Sequence record: OP589283.1
Reading direction: 5' to 3' (one strand)
DNA length: 64,000 bases
Each line of letters opens with the position of its first letter. The stretch's first letter is position 1. Below are positions 18,728 to 26,478 of the stretch, in pieces. The notes under the pieces were generated by a model. It was not told where the DNA came from and did no database searches. It saw only the letters and a list, made by a program, of their open reading frames with translations. The position numbers and the translations under genes were made by a program.

Positions 18728-19772
18728 AGAAACGCTCAGAGAGATTATTAAAAATGGTAATCAAATGCACAACAAACGCACTGGCATTACTTGTTATAAT
18801 GCCTTTGGCGTTGGAATCATGTATGACACTGGGGATAAATCTCCTATGCCAACCATCAAGGAAGGTTATTTTACCGGTGCAAAAGTTGAACTAGCGTGGA
18901 TATTGAAAGGGTTAACCAACACTGATTACCTCCATCAACACAAAGTTCACTTTTGGGATAAATGGCGTATTGTGGGTAATAAACCTCGCTCCGTTGAAGA
19001 CGTGGTTTACCTATATGAACGTCGTCATGGTAAAGGAAGTGTGGCTAAAAAGTTAGGGGATATAGAAGGTATTGATTTCAAAGAACTTCTTGTCCTGCTA
19101 GGAATGTTAAACGGGCCAGTGTTATCTCATTATTACGATGACCGAGACCAAATGGTTGACGAAATCCAGTGTGGTGACTTAGGGCCCGTTTATGGTAAAA
19201 TGCTGCGGGAGTTCCCTAATCCGGACGGCACTACAACTGACCAGTTGAAATTGTTAATCGATGGTTTGATTAGTAATCCATCTAGTCGTCGTCATGTTGT
19301 AAGCCTGTGGTGTCCTTTCTATTTACCAGACGAATCGATTTCTCCACAAGAAAACGTATTACGTGGTAAAATGGCATTGGCACCTTGTCACTTTATGTGG
19401 ACATTCCATGTAGAAGACAATCATCCTAAAGACCTTATGGAAGAACGTTATACACTGAACCTGCATTTTAATATGCGGAGTAACGATTATGCGGTAGGTA
19501 ATCCAGTGAACGTTGTTTTCTATGATTTACTGTTAGCGTTAGTTGCGCAAACAGTTGGGATGAAGAAAGGGAAGTTGTGGTTTACCGGTACTAACGTACA
19601 CGTTTACAGCGACCAGCTTTTAGAAGCTAAAATATTATTGGGTCGTGATCCCCTCACATTACCAACTTTAGTGTTGGATAAAAAAGCAACTGTGTTTAAC
19701 TTTGAACCGCATATGGCGACGCTTGAAAATTACAAGCATCGTGGTAAAGTCAGTATTAAAGTAGCAAAGTAG
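18714..19772 (+). CDS. thyA: thymidylate synthase
   Basis: ELAWILKG, DLGPVYG, SRRHVVSLW, ALAPCH, RSND, NVHVY motifs; GTG 18714 has AAGGA RBS. Confidence 0.92.
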   Translation: MEIYKETLREIIKNGNQMHNKRTGITCYNAFGVGIMYDTGDKSPMPTIKEGYFTGAKVELAWILKGLTNTDYLHQHKVHFWDKWRIVGNKPRSVEDVVYLYERRHGKGSVAKKLGDIEGIDFKELLVLLGMLNGPVLSHYYDDRDQMVDEIQCGDLGPVYGKMLREFPNPDGTTTDQLKLLIDGLISNPSSRRHVVSLWCPFYLPDESISPQENVLRGKMALAPCHFMWTFHVEDNHPKDLMEERYTLNLHFNMRSNDYAVGNPVNVVFYDLLLALVAQTVGMKKGKLWFTGTNVHVYSDQLLEAKILLGRDPLTLPTLVLDKKATVFNFEPHMATLENYKHRGKVSIKVAK

Positions 19773-19781
19773 CTATTATAT
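19773..19781 (+). promoter_or_regulatory. putative promoter CTATTATAT
   Basis: same 9-mer occurs at 31196 upstream of chimallin; lies immediately after the thyA stop. Confidence 0.45.
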
Positions 19782-19784
19782 TGT

Positions 19785-20315
19785 GAAGGAGTGGTTTTCG
19801 TAGGGTGAATCACTTGTTTACAGAGGGGGTGCTCCGACTCCCTCAATTATATGTACAATTCAGTTGTTTGCTCCCAACTTCACTGTGTTGTCAAATAGGG
19901 GGTTCCTGATGTGCGGTCACAAAATAGGTGTGCAGCGCGAATCGTCAGGAATAATACTGGGAGTGAGGAATTACGGTCGGCGAAAGCTCGCCTCTTACGT
20001 CGTCAGCCTGAAACGATGTCTTGACCACCTCACTCCCACCCCACCCATTCAGGAGGAGAGCAGTGACGAAAGTTTCCGACCTGCATAGATGCGCACAGAC
20101 ATTTCTACTCGCTCTCCTCCGAATACCTCTCGTGAATTTATTAACCCGTAGTGTAGAACTCTTACTGACACACAGCTAACTCCTGACATGGGCTGTTTTT
20201 CTTTTAATGTCGGTTTTACACTACGGTTTAATGAGTTTATGTTTATCACCTTTACTAAACTCATTAGTGGTGTTGGCGCACCACTTGCTTTTGCATGTGA
20301 CGTGAACAGCTGGTA
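19785..20315 (+). ncRNA. large structured non-coding RNA of unknown class
   Basis: at least 8 helices including long-range 19861-19871/20302-20312 and 11-14-bp stems; G-U wobbles favour the + strand; promoter motif upstream, terminator downstream. Confidence 0.7.
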
Positions 20316-20326
20316 TTTCCTTTTAT

Positions 20327-20369
20327 CCCTTACTCTGCTCCTTAATTGGGGTGGAGTAAGGGTTTTTTT
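20327..20369 (+). terminator. intrinsic terminator
   Basis: CCCTTACTCTGCTCC / GGGGTGGAGTAAGGG then T7. Confidence 0.85.
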
Positions 20370-20439
20370 GATCTTTTTTATTTACCATAAAGACTATTAA
20401 ATGTACTTCTTTTATGATTACATTAAAAAGGAAATAAAA

Positions 20440-20796
20440 ATGAAAGCAAATCAGTACGGTGTTGGTAAAATCATCTTTAGTGATAATACTGAAAAAGAAA
20501 TTTCATGTGTTCAATTTGGAGATGGGTTTACACAGATAATGACTGTTGAATGGGATTCAAAAGATGTTGGATTAAAGCTCCAACACAACCCAGATGGCCC
20601 AGGTCCATTCTCAGAAAGAATCTTTTACAATGAGAACCATTTACCTGTTGCTTCAGAAAATCCTGAACTTTATTTACTTTTTGATAATGTCAAGTCGATC
20701 GACGCAATGATTGATTCTCTTAATTACATCAGAAAAACACTTGTTGAGAAAGAATCAGTAATAGAAGTCACCCCTGAAAAGGATGATGCACTATGA
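20440..20796 (+). CDS. hypothetical protein
   Basis: ORF 20401..20796; ATG 20440 has AAGGA RBS. Confidence 0.7.
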   Translation: MKANQYGVGKIIFSDNTEKEISCVQFGDGFTQIMTVEWDSKDVGLKLQHNPDGPGPFSERIFYNENHLPVASENPELYLLFDNVKSIDAMIDSLNYIRKTLVEKESVIEVTPEKDDAL

Positions 20797-21317
20797 GCAT
20801 CATTTGTTACAAAGCAGGTATCTTAGCCGCTGATGGAATAGAAACCCATCGTGACCTGATTAGCAGTCTAAACATTGAAAAAATTGTTAAGGCAGATAAA
20901 TCTAATAAATGGTCGATACTAGGTAAACGCATCGTTGCTTTTGCAGCTTGCGGTACCGTCACTGCTGATATCACAATGCGCAAATGTTTAACCGAAGGTA
21001 TTGGGTTGGAGAAACAATTCATTAACGTTTGTCATGATGAGTTTAGCGCACTCTGTATTGATGATTCAGGGAACAGTTACATTATTGACAGTATTATTGA
21101 TAACGGGGTACATAAATTAATCATCGTTGATGTAAAACCGCTTCAATTCCCAATTGCAATTGGGGTGGCTTCGGAAACCGCAAGAGCGCTCATGACGTCC
21201 AGTTTAGATTACAACGCGGTGGATGCAGTAAAGTTTAATTGCGAGAACTTTATCTCTTGTGGTGGTACAATTCAAGAAGTTAACATCGCCAAATTAGTAA
21301 AAGAACTTAACGACTAA
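20793..21317 (+). CDS. HslV/proteasome-beta-like Ntn-fold protein (Ser at position 2)
   Basis: M-SIICYKAGILAADG N-terminus, Lys in EKI, AIG motif late in the chain. Confidence 0.55.
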   Translation: MSIICYKAGILAADGIETHRDLISSLNIEKIVKADKSNKWSILGKRIVAFAACGTVTADITMRKCLTEGIGLEKQFINVCHDEFSALCIDDSGNSYIIDSIIDNGVHKLIIVDVKPLQFPIAIGVASETARALMTSSLDYNAVDAVKFNCENFISCGGTIQEVNIAKLVKELND

Positions 21318-21335
21318 CGTTACTTTTTTTAAGTA

Positions 21336-21344
21336 CTATATTAC
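21336..21344 (+). promoter_or_regulatory. early promoter core CTATATTAC
   Basis: consensus match upstream of the second Ntn-like gene and phuZ. Confidence 0.7.
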
Positions 21345-21388
21345 CTATTTGAATGTAACCCAATATTTTTTAACAGTAAAGGTGAAGT

Positions 21389-21997
21389 ATGACAATCATT
21401 TGTGCTAAAGACGGGATTCTCTGTTCTGACGGTTATATCACATTTAATAACGGTATGCTTGAAAACGATCAATTTAATAAAATCCATACTCCAGAGCCCG
21501 GTGAAATTTGGACTGTAATGGGGAAACGGGTTTTAGCTTTTGGTTTAGCGGGTACGTTGAGTGTGGTAGACCCCTTTAAAGAATTATTGCGTAAAGGTAT
21601 TTACCACGACACTAAAACATTCCACGGCATTGGTGGAGCATCTATTCTTCTCTATACCGAAGATTTAGATTTAATTTATATTGGTGTAACTGATAAACAC
21701 GACCGTGAAGAAAGCTTGTTTCTCATTCACGAGCAATCTGGTGATTGCAGTGCCGTGGGTGTGGCTACAGCCGTCGCTAAAACGTACATGGTGACCGGTA
21801 AATCAGCCCGTAAAGCAGTTGAATTACTCGTTAAAACCAACGTTAGTTTAGGTGGTAAAATCTCCGAACTTAACGTTGCTGAGTGGAAAAAAGAATTGGC
21901 TGAAAAAGAAGCTGCCTTACCAAAAGACTACGTCTTCAAACCCAAGTTCCAATACTTGGCACCAAAAGTCGAACAACAACCTCAAAAACAAGCTTAA
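21389..21997 (+). CDS. HslV/proteasome-beta-like Ntn-fold protein (Thr at position 2)
   Basis: M-TIICAKDGILCSDG N-terminus; clear paralog of 20793..21317. Confidence 0.55.
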   Translation: MTIICAKDGILCSDGYITFNNGMLENDQFNKIHTPEPGEIWTVMGKRVLAFGLAGTLSVVDPFKELLRKGIYHDTKTFHGIGGASILLYTEDLDLIYIGVTDKHDREESLFLIHEQSGDCSAVGVATAVAKTYMVTGKSARKAVELLVKTNVSLGGKISELNVAEWKKELAEKEAALPKDYVFKPKFQYLAPKVEQQPQKQA

Positions 21998-22013
21998 CAT
22001 TAAGGATGGTAAA

Positions 22014-23003
22014 ATGAGTTTACGTTATTATTTCTGTGGTGGCGCTGGTATCAACATCGGTAAAGCAATTTGTCAATCTCCAAAGACCGCTATCAGCCCA
22101 GGTAATCGTGATGCTGTCTTTGTTGGGTTAGATTCCAGTGGTGCGAATGACCCAGAAGGTGCATTTGAAGTATGTCGCATGCCTTCGTTAAATGGTTCAG
22201 ATGAGCTTGCAAACGGCAGTGGTAAAGTTCAATCAACCAATTATCCAAAAGCTGTGCCGTTCATCAAAGACATGTTGTCTAAGCATGTTCCTGGTGCGTA
22301 TAACGTGGTGGTGTTCAGTACAAGTGGTGGTACTGGTGGTATGTTGGCTGTGGTATTGATTCGCGAGTTATTACAACTCAATCTTCCAGTAGTGGCGGTT
22401 TGTATCAGCGACCATACATCGGTTATTGAAATGAAAAACTCAGTAACAACACTACGTAACCTAGCCAATCAAACTTCGCCATCTCAGCTTGACCGTCCAA
22501 TTGCGTTTATTGAAGCCATCAACGACAATGAACACACCCGCGGGCAAGTAAACAAGCGTATCATCAATGACTTGAATCTTTTATCTATCTTCTTAAGTAA
22601 CAATAACGAAGAAGCAGATTATAAAGACATTTTGAACTTGCTTAACTATAATAAGGTGATTGGTGTGCCAGCATCACTTTCTCGCATTAAGTTCTTCAAT
22701 AAAGAAGATGCGATTAAATATGACGGCAAACCTCCTGTTGCTTTCTGTAGTCTATTTGATGCGCGTGATAATATCGTTCCTCGTTTTGCGGGTGGCGGTT
22801 ATCGTGTGACAGGTGTGTTTGGTGTTGAAAACAGTGTGATTGATGCTGAAGAAATGCACATGACACTTGACCACGGTGAAGCACTTGAAGAGCTAGAAGC
22901 AAAAATCAAAGCACTGGATAACCAACAAACAGCAAAAGTGTTGGCTTACTCTCGTGTGTCTGATTTTGGTGGTGGTGATTCTAACGGCATGAACTTTGAC
23001 TAA
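22014..23003 (+). CDS. phuZ: phage tubulin PhuZ/TubZ
   Basis: FCGGAGINIG and STSGGTGG tubulin motifs; acidic C-terminal tail; ATG 22014 with AAGGA RBS. Confidence 0.92.
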   Translation: MSLRYYFCGGAGINIGKAICQSPKTAISPGNRDAVFVGLDSSGANDPEGAFEVCRMPSLNGSDELANGSGKVQSTNYPKAVPFIKDMLSKHVPGAYNVVVFSTSGGTGGMLAVVLIRELLQLNLPVVAVCISDHTSVIEMKNSVTTLRNLANQTSPSQLDRPIAFIEAINDNEHTRGQVNKRIINDLNLLSIFLSNNNEEADYKDILNLLNYNKVIGVPASLSRIKFFNKEDAIKYDGKPPVAFCSLFDARDNIVPRFAGGGYRVTGVFGVENSVIDAEEMHMTLDHGEALEELEAKIKALDNQQTAKVLAYSRVSDFGGGDSNGMNFD

Positions 23004-23009
23004 CCTTTA

Positions 23010-23047
23010 ATTTAATCCGCTGCACATAATCGTGCAGCGGATTAAAT
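23010..23047 (+). terminator. intrinsic terminator
   Basis: 16-bp stem ATTTAATCCGCTGCAC / GTGCAGCGGATTAAAT. Confidence 0.75.
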
Positions 23048-23334
23048 ATCATATTTTTTTGAGGTATGTAATGAAACATTCAAATGATAAATCAAATGTT
23101 GATGAAACCAGTAAAACTAATAATGTGAATGAATTAACTGCGGCCATACGTCATGGGTTCACCATTGAGATACATCGGGATTGATTTAACGGAATCAGGA
23201 CACAATCCAACGAAACTTATGGCGTTATTTACTATCCATATCAATAACTTAAGAAAAGTTAAAGAAAATGTCCGTGACATTATGCGGGCATTACTACGAA
23301 CTTATTTAATGTAACAGATTATAAGGTTAAAAAT

Positions 23335-23784
23335 ATGAAGGCAATCGATGAACGAGCAGATGCCCTTTTTGAAGAAGTAGAAAAGATTTCGATGGAGTTG
23401 GGTAGTGAAGCACATAAACAGTACCAGATTATGGTTTCTGCTTACAAACAAATTTTAATGATTCATTTTTATAAACACATTAATGAAATGAGTCCAGAAA
23501 ACCGTGATTTTAAAATCACCATTCTTCCGGAATCAGAGGAGAGAAGAAAAGAAACTCACTTTACCGGAACATTAGTAGAGTTGGCTGATTTATTAACTAG
23601 CCAAATTTACACAGTGCCCTTTCGATTTTGGTCGCGCATATATTCGGAAAATGAATTAAAATACGTCGTCAGTTTACTTATTTCTTCGTTGAATGAAAAG
23701 AAAGATGAAAAAGAAATTATTGAGTACGTACAGTGTAACCCTGTACACCTTTTAGTAGAAATGCAACCGCTAAACAAAATATAA
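23335..23784 (+). CDS. hypothetical protein
   Basis: 149-aa ORF, AAGG RBS. Confidence 0.7.
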   Translation: MKAIDERADALFEEVEKISMELGSEAHKQYQIMVSAYKQILMIHFYKHINEMSPENRDFKITILPESEERRKETHFTGTLVELADLLTSQIYTVPFRFWSRIYSENELKYVVSLLISSLNEKKDEKEIIEYVQCNPVHLLVEMQPLNKI

Positions 23785-23795
23785 CGTAATAATTT

Positions 23796-23830
23796 ACTAT
23801 TTCAGTATCCGTTAAGGATACTGAAATAGT
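23796..23830 (+). terminator. intrinsic terminator
   Basis: 15-bp stem ACTATTTCAGTATCC / GGATACTGAAATAGT. Confidence 0.75.
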
Positions 23831-23890
23831 TTATGTTTTTAGTTACTAAACCAACTATTACTATGTATCAATCAATTTTAAGGGGGCTGT

Positions 23891-24169
23891 ATGCTCGTTA
23901 TTGACGTAAAAACAATTTACGAATATGCTGGGCTTAGTTTTGCAGAATCCTTCTCTAAATTGTTTCTAGGAAGCAGTATAACGGATTGCGTTTACACCTG
24001 TTTAGTAGATTTAGGTTTTAACCCTGTAAATGGACGTTATGTTGTTGTACCGGAAACCGTCAAAAAACTTTTATTATTACATTTAGAACAAAAGTTGATT
24101 GGTATCCCCACCAACACAATAATTACGTTAAACGAAGTTTATCATTTCGTTTACGTATACATAAGGTAA
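23891..24169 (+). CDS. small hypothetical protein (phuZ-pol interval cluster)
   Basis: 92-aa ORF, GGGGG RBS. Confidence 0.65.
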   Translation: MLVIDVKTIYEYAGLSFAESFSKLFLGSSITDCVYTCLVDLGFNPVNGRYVVVPETVKKLLLLHLEQKLIGIPTNTIITLNEVYHFVYVYIR

Positions 24170-24180
24170 CGGTTGAAAAT

Positions 24181-24639
24181 ATGATTAACTTTGATGCGAT
24201 GATAGCAAATATGAATCTACCCGTACTCACCAGTTTAGAGGTAGACAAGCGAGAATTGTTTTTAAAGGTATTTGAATCGGCGATTACGATTCATAATCAA
24301 CCTACGGAAAGATTACAATATCAAGCAATTGAAACATTAGTTGAAGAACTAGAAGAGTGGGATGAACTTGAGTTAGTGGACTTTGTTCATTATCTTTTAA
24401 GTTACATTACTAATCACAAAGTTAAAAACCGTATTCCAAAAGAAATCAAATTAAAATTACACCTCGTTGTCAATAATAAAGTGGCGTGTATCGGTAATTT
24501 GGAAATGTGTGCTAAAAGAACATCAGAAATTTATATGTTTGAAATGGACATGTATTCTGAAAAACTTGAAACTACATTAAACGAAGAAGATGTCATCGAT
24601 TACCCCACATTAGAGGATTTGGAGAAAGTGGATGTATAA
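24181..24639 (+). CDS. small acidic hypothetical protein
   Basis: 152-aa ORF in a tightly coupled operon. Confidence 0.65.
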   Translation: MINFDAMIANMNLPVLTSLEVDKRELFLKVFESAITIHNQPTERLQYQAIETLVEELEEWDELELVDFVHYLLSYITNHKVKNRIPKEIKLKLHLVVNNKVACIGNLEMCAKRTSEIYMFEMDMYSEKLETTLNEEDVIDYPTLEDLEKVDV

Positions 24640-25042
24640 AGTACATGTGGTGGACTGTCAACATTTAATGTCGTTATTAAAAGATGATGTCCCAAATCAT
24701 GTATCTTCTAATACGCTGACACCTAATCTGATTAATCGTATTTGTAAGCGGCTATTAGTTGAAGCCATCTTTCGAGCGTTGCCTAATGAATGCACGTTTA
24801 ATGACCTTAACTTAATGGATTATTCGTTATTGTCTAATATTCTTCCTGATGAACTGGAACGATTATTAGACATTACTATGGATAATTTAAAATTGCTTTT
24901 CTTCAACCAGCAATATGACCTTCAGAATTACGCGCACATTAAGTGTCGTTTTGATGGAACATTTTTGCATATATTAGCGGGGATAGAAAAATGCGAGACA
25001 AAGTACTCACCGTTAATGTCTACGGATTACTCAGAAATTTGA
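24632..25042 (+). CDS. small hypothetical protein
   Basis: 136-aa ORF, GGAG RBS. Confidence 0.65.
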   Translation: MYKVHVVDCQHLMSLLKDDVPNHVSSNTLTPNLINRICKRLLVEAIFRALPNECTFNDLNLMDYSLLSNILPDELERLLDITMDNLKLLFFNQQYDLQNYAHIKCRFDGTFLHILAGIEKCETKYSPLMSTDYSEI

Positions 25043-25317
25043 CTGCTGCTTTTGGAAAAGAAACCGCGGAAGTTGCACTTGTTCGATTCGTCACCAGTTT
25101 TATTGAAAATACAGGAGATACGTTAGCGGATTGTGTCGTTCATACTGCCGGAGCAGAAACCCGTTCGGCAGCTGAAATAGTCATGATTAATAGCTCCCAA
25201 CTTATCGAAGAGTTAGAGCTTAACATTTCTGTGATTCAAATGACTGACATTATCTTCAGTTGGCAATTATTAAATTACAACCTGTTTTTCAACGCGGGAA
25301 AAAGACATGAACAATAA
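24991..25317 (+). CDS. small hypothetical protein
   Basis: 108-aa ORF overlapping its neighbours. Confidence 0.6.
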   Translation: MRDKVLTVNVYGLLRNLTAAFGKETAEVALVRFVTSFIENTGDTLADCVVHTAGAETRSAAEIVMINSSQLIEELELNISVIQMTDIIFSWQLLNYNLFFNAGKRHEQ

Positions 25318-25645
25318 AGCTCACGTGTTTACATTTCCAAAACATTGCAATCAAGAAGTTATGCTCCGCATGATAGTAATGTTGATGAATGTGCACGGCA
25401 TTAACACCTCAGTGTTTCCAGGTTCACATGAAGTAACACAAGAAGAAATGTTGACGTTCAGTATGATGCATCCTGATTTTACCGCCTCATACGTTGAAAT
25501 CATGAATTTTTGTAAAATGGTTACCATGGATAATAACGCCACGTTAATCAACATTGTTATTTCATCACTGAGTGGAACAGGAACAATCATGGTGGGATTA
25601 ACATCCAAATCCATGTTTATCGAAATGGGAGTATTTAATGGATAA
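25307..25645 (+). CDS. small hypothetical protein
   Basis: 112-aa ORF. Confidence 0.6.
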   Translation: MNNKAHVFTFPKHCNQEVMLRMIVMLMNVHGINTSVFPGSHEVTQEEMLTFSMMHPDFTASYVEIMNFCKMVTMDNNATLINIVISSLSGTGTIMVGLTSKSMFIEMGVFNG

Positions 25646-25985
25646 ACACCTCCATCAATTGTTAGATGCTAAGACGTTATTGGTCGGTCACTTAGACCCA
25701 TTAGCGCTGTTTACTCATTTTTGGAACAAAGTAGATTGTGATTCTGACAATGAGTATTCCGTTGAGCAACTGTACAAAGCTATCGCTCAAGAAATAACCT
25801 ATTTTGAAAATGCGGATTCTGAGATTGATGAAACCTTCTTTAATTTGCTAACTATTGATGGTATGTACGAGGTTGTCCAGATTAAACTACTGGACGTGTG
25901 TATTATGGCTTATTGTCACGATGGTGAATATCGTGAAATGCCTGCTATCATTTTGACAGTAAGGAAGAATTATGATCGAACCTAA
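25638..25985 (+). CDS. small acidic hypothetical protein
   Basis: 115-aa ORF, GGGAG RBS. Confidence 0.65.
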   Translation: MDKHLHQLLDAKTLLVGHLDPLALFTHFWNKVDCDSDNEYSVEQLYKAIAQEITYFENADSEIDETFFNLLTIDGMYEVVQIKLLDVCIMAYCHDGEYREMPAIILTVRKNYDRT

Positions 25986-26385
25986 AAAAGGGGATATTGT
26001 TGATTTCTCATTAGAGAATGGCAGTATAATCTTTGCATCTCGTAGTGGCGTTACTGTGACTGCGGGATTAATGGATTACTCTACTGCTCGAATCGTTGAC
26101 CCTCAGATTGTGTCTAAACACCAATCGATGTTTCCCTACTTCAAACAAAAGGTAGATAACATCAACGACCCAAGCATTTACCCCTACATGGCGTTTAAAA
26201 ACCTTAACGGCACCATTGAAGTGATTGGTATCCCGTGGATTAAAGATAGCACGTACGTGACTGTAAATACACGTATCGCTACTTATGTCATCAGTAACTT
26301 CAAAGAAGAGTTCCGTGCACCCATTCAGACTTTCCTGTCTAACTTAGGTGCAAGTTACACCATGACTGTAAAAGACCAAGTGTGA
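25972..26385 (+). CDS. conserved phiKZ-like protein upstream of the DNA polymerase
   Basis: 137-aa ORF, AAGGA RBS, high-expression-type codon usage, terminator follows. Confidence 0.65.
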   Translation: MIEPKKGDIVDFSLENGSIIFASRSGVTVTAGLMDYSTARIVDPQIVSKHQSMFPYFKQKVDNINDPSIYPYMAFKNLNGTIEVIGIPWIKDSTYVTVNTRIATYVISNFKEEFRAPIQTFLSNLGASYTMTVKDQV

Positions 26386-26394
26386 TTGAGTTAA

Positions 26395-26433
26395 AAAATA
26401 CCCTGAGTCCTATTTTAGGACTCAGGGTATTTT
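26395..26433 (+). terminator. intrinsic terminator
   Basis: 18-bp stem AAAATACCCTGAGTCCTA / TAGGACTCAGGGTATTTT. Confidence 0.8.
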
Positions 26434-26478
26434 AATTACGTACTCTTTTTTCTTTTTCTTTTATGCAGAGTATTTTTC

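Noticed and set aside
18714-19772. thyA as a base-modifying dCMP/dUMP hydroxymethylase
   Set aside because: Keeps the catalytic PCH, RSxD and the dUMP-specifying Asn (PVN); no modification genes nearby, so an ordinary thymidylate synthase is more likely
19785-20315. tmRNA, RNase P, SRP or intron identity for the structured element
   Set aside because: No tRNA-like ends with T-loop/CCA, no GAGGAAAGUCC or CR-V, no SRP helix 8 motif, no group I R/S or group II domain V; it also lies outside any CDS
19864-20400. ORFs 19864..20088 (+), 20188..20400 (+) and 20049..20264 (-)
   Set aside because: No convincing RBS, atypical composition, one runs through a terminator; better explained as chance frames over the structured RNA
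21852-22013. 54-aa N-terminal extension of PhuZ in the ORF track
   Set aside because: Overlaps the upstream gene in another frame; the RBS and tubulin N-terminal motif point to ATG 22014
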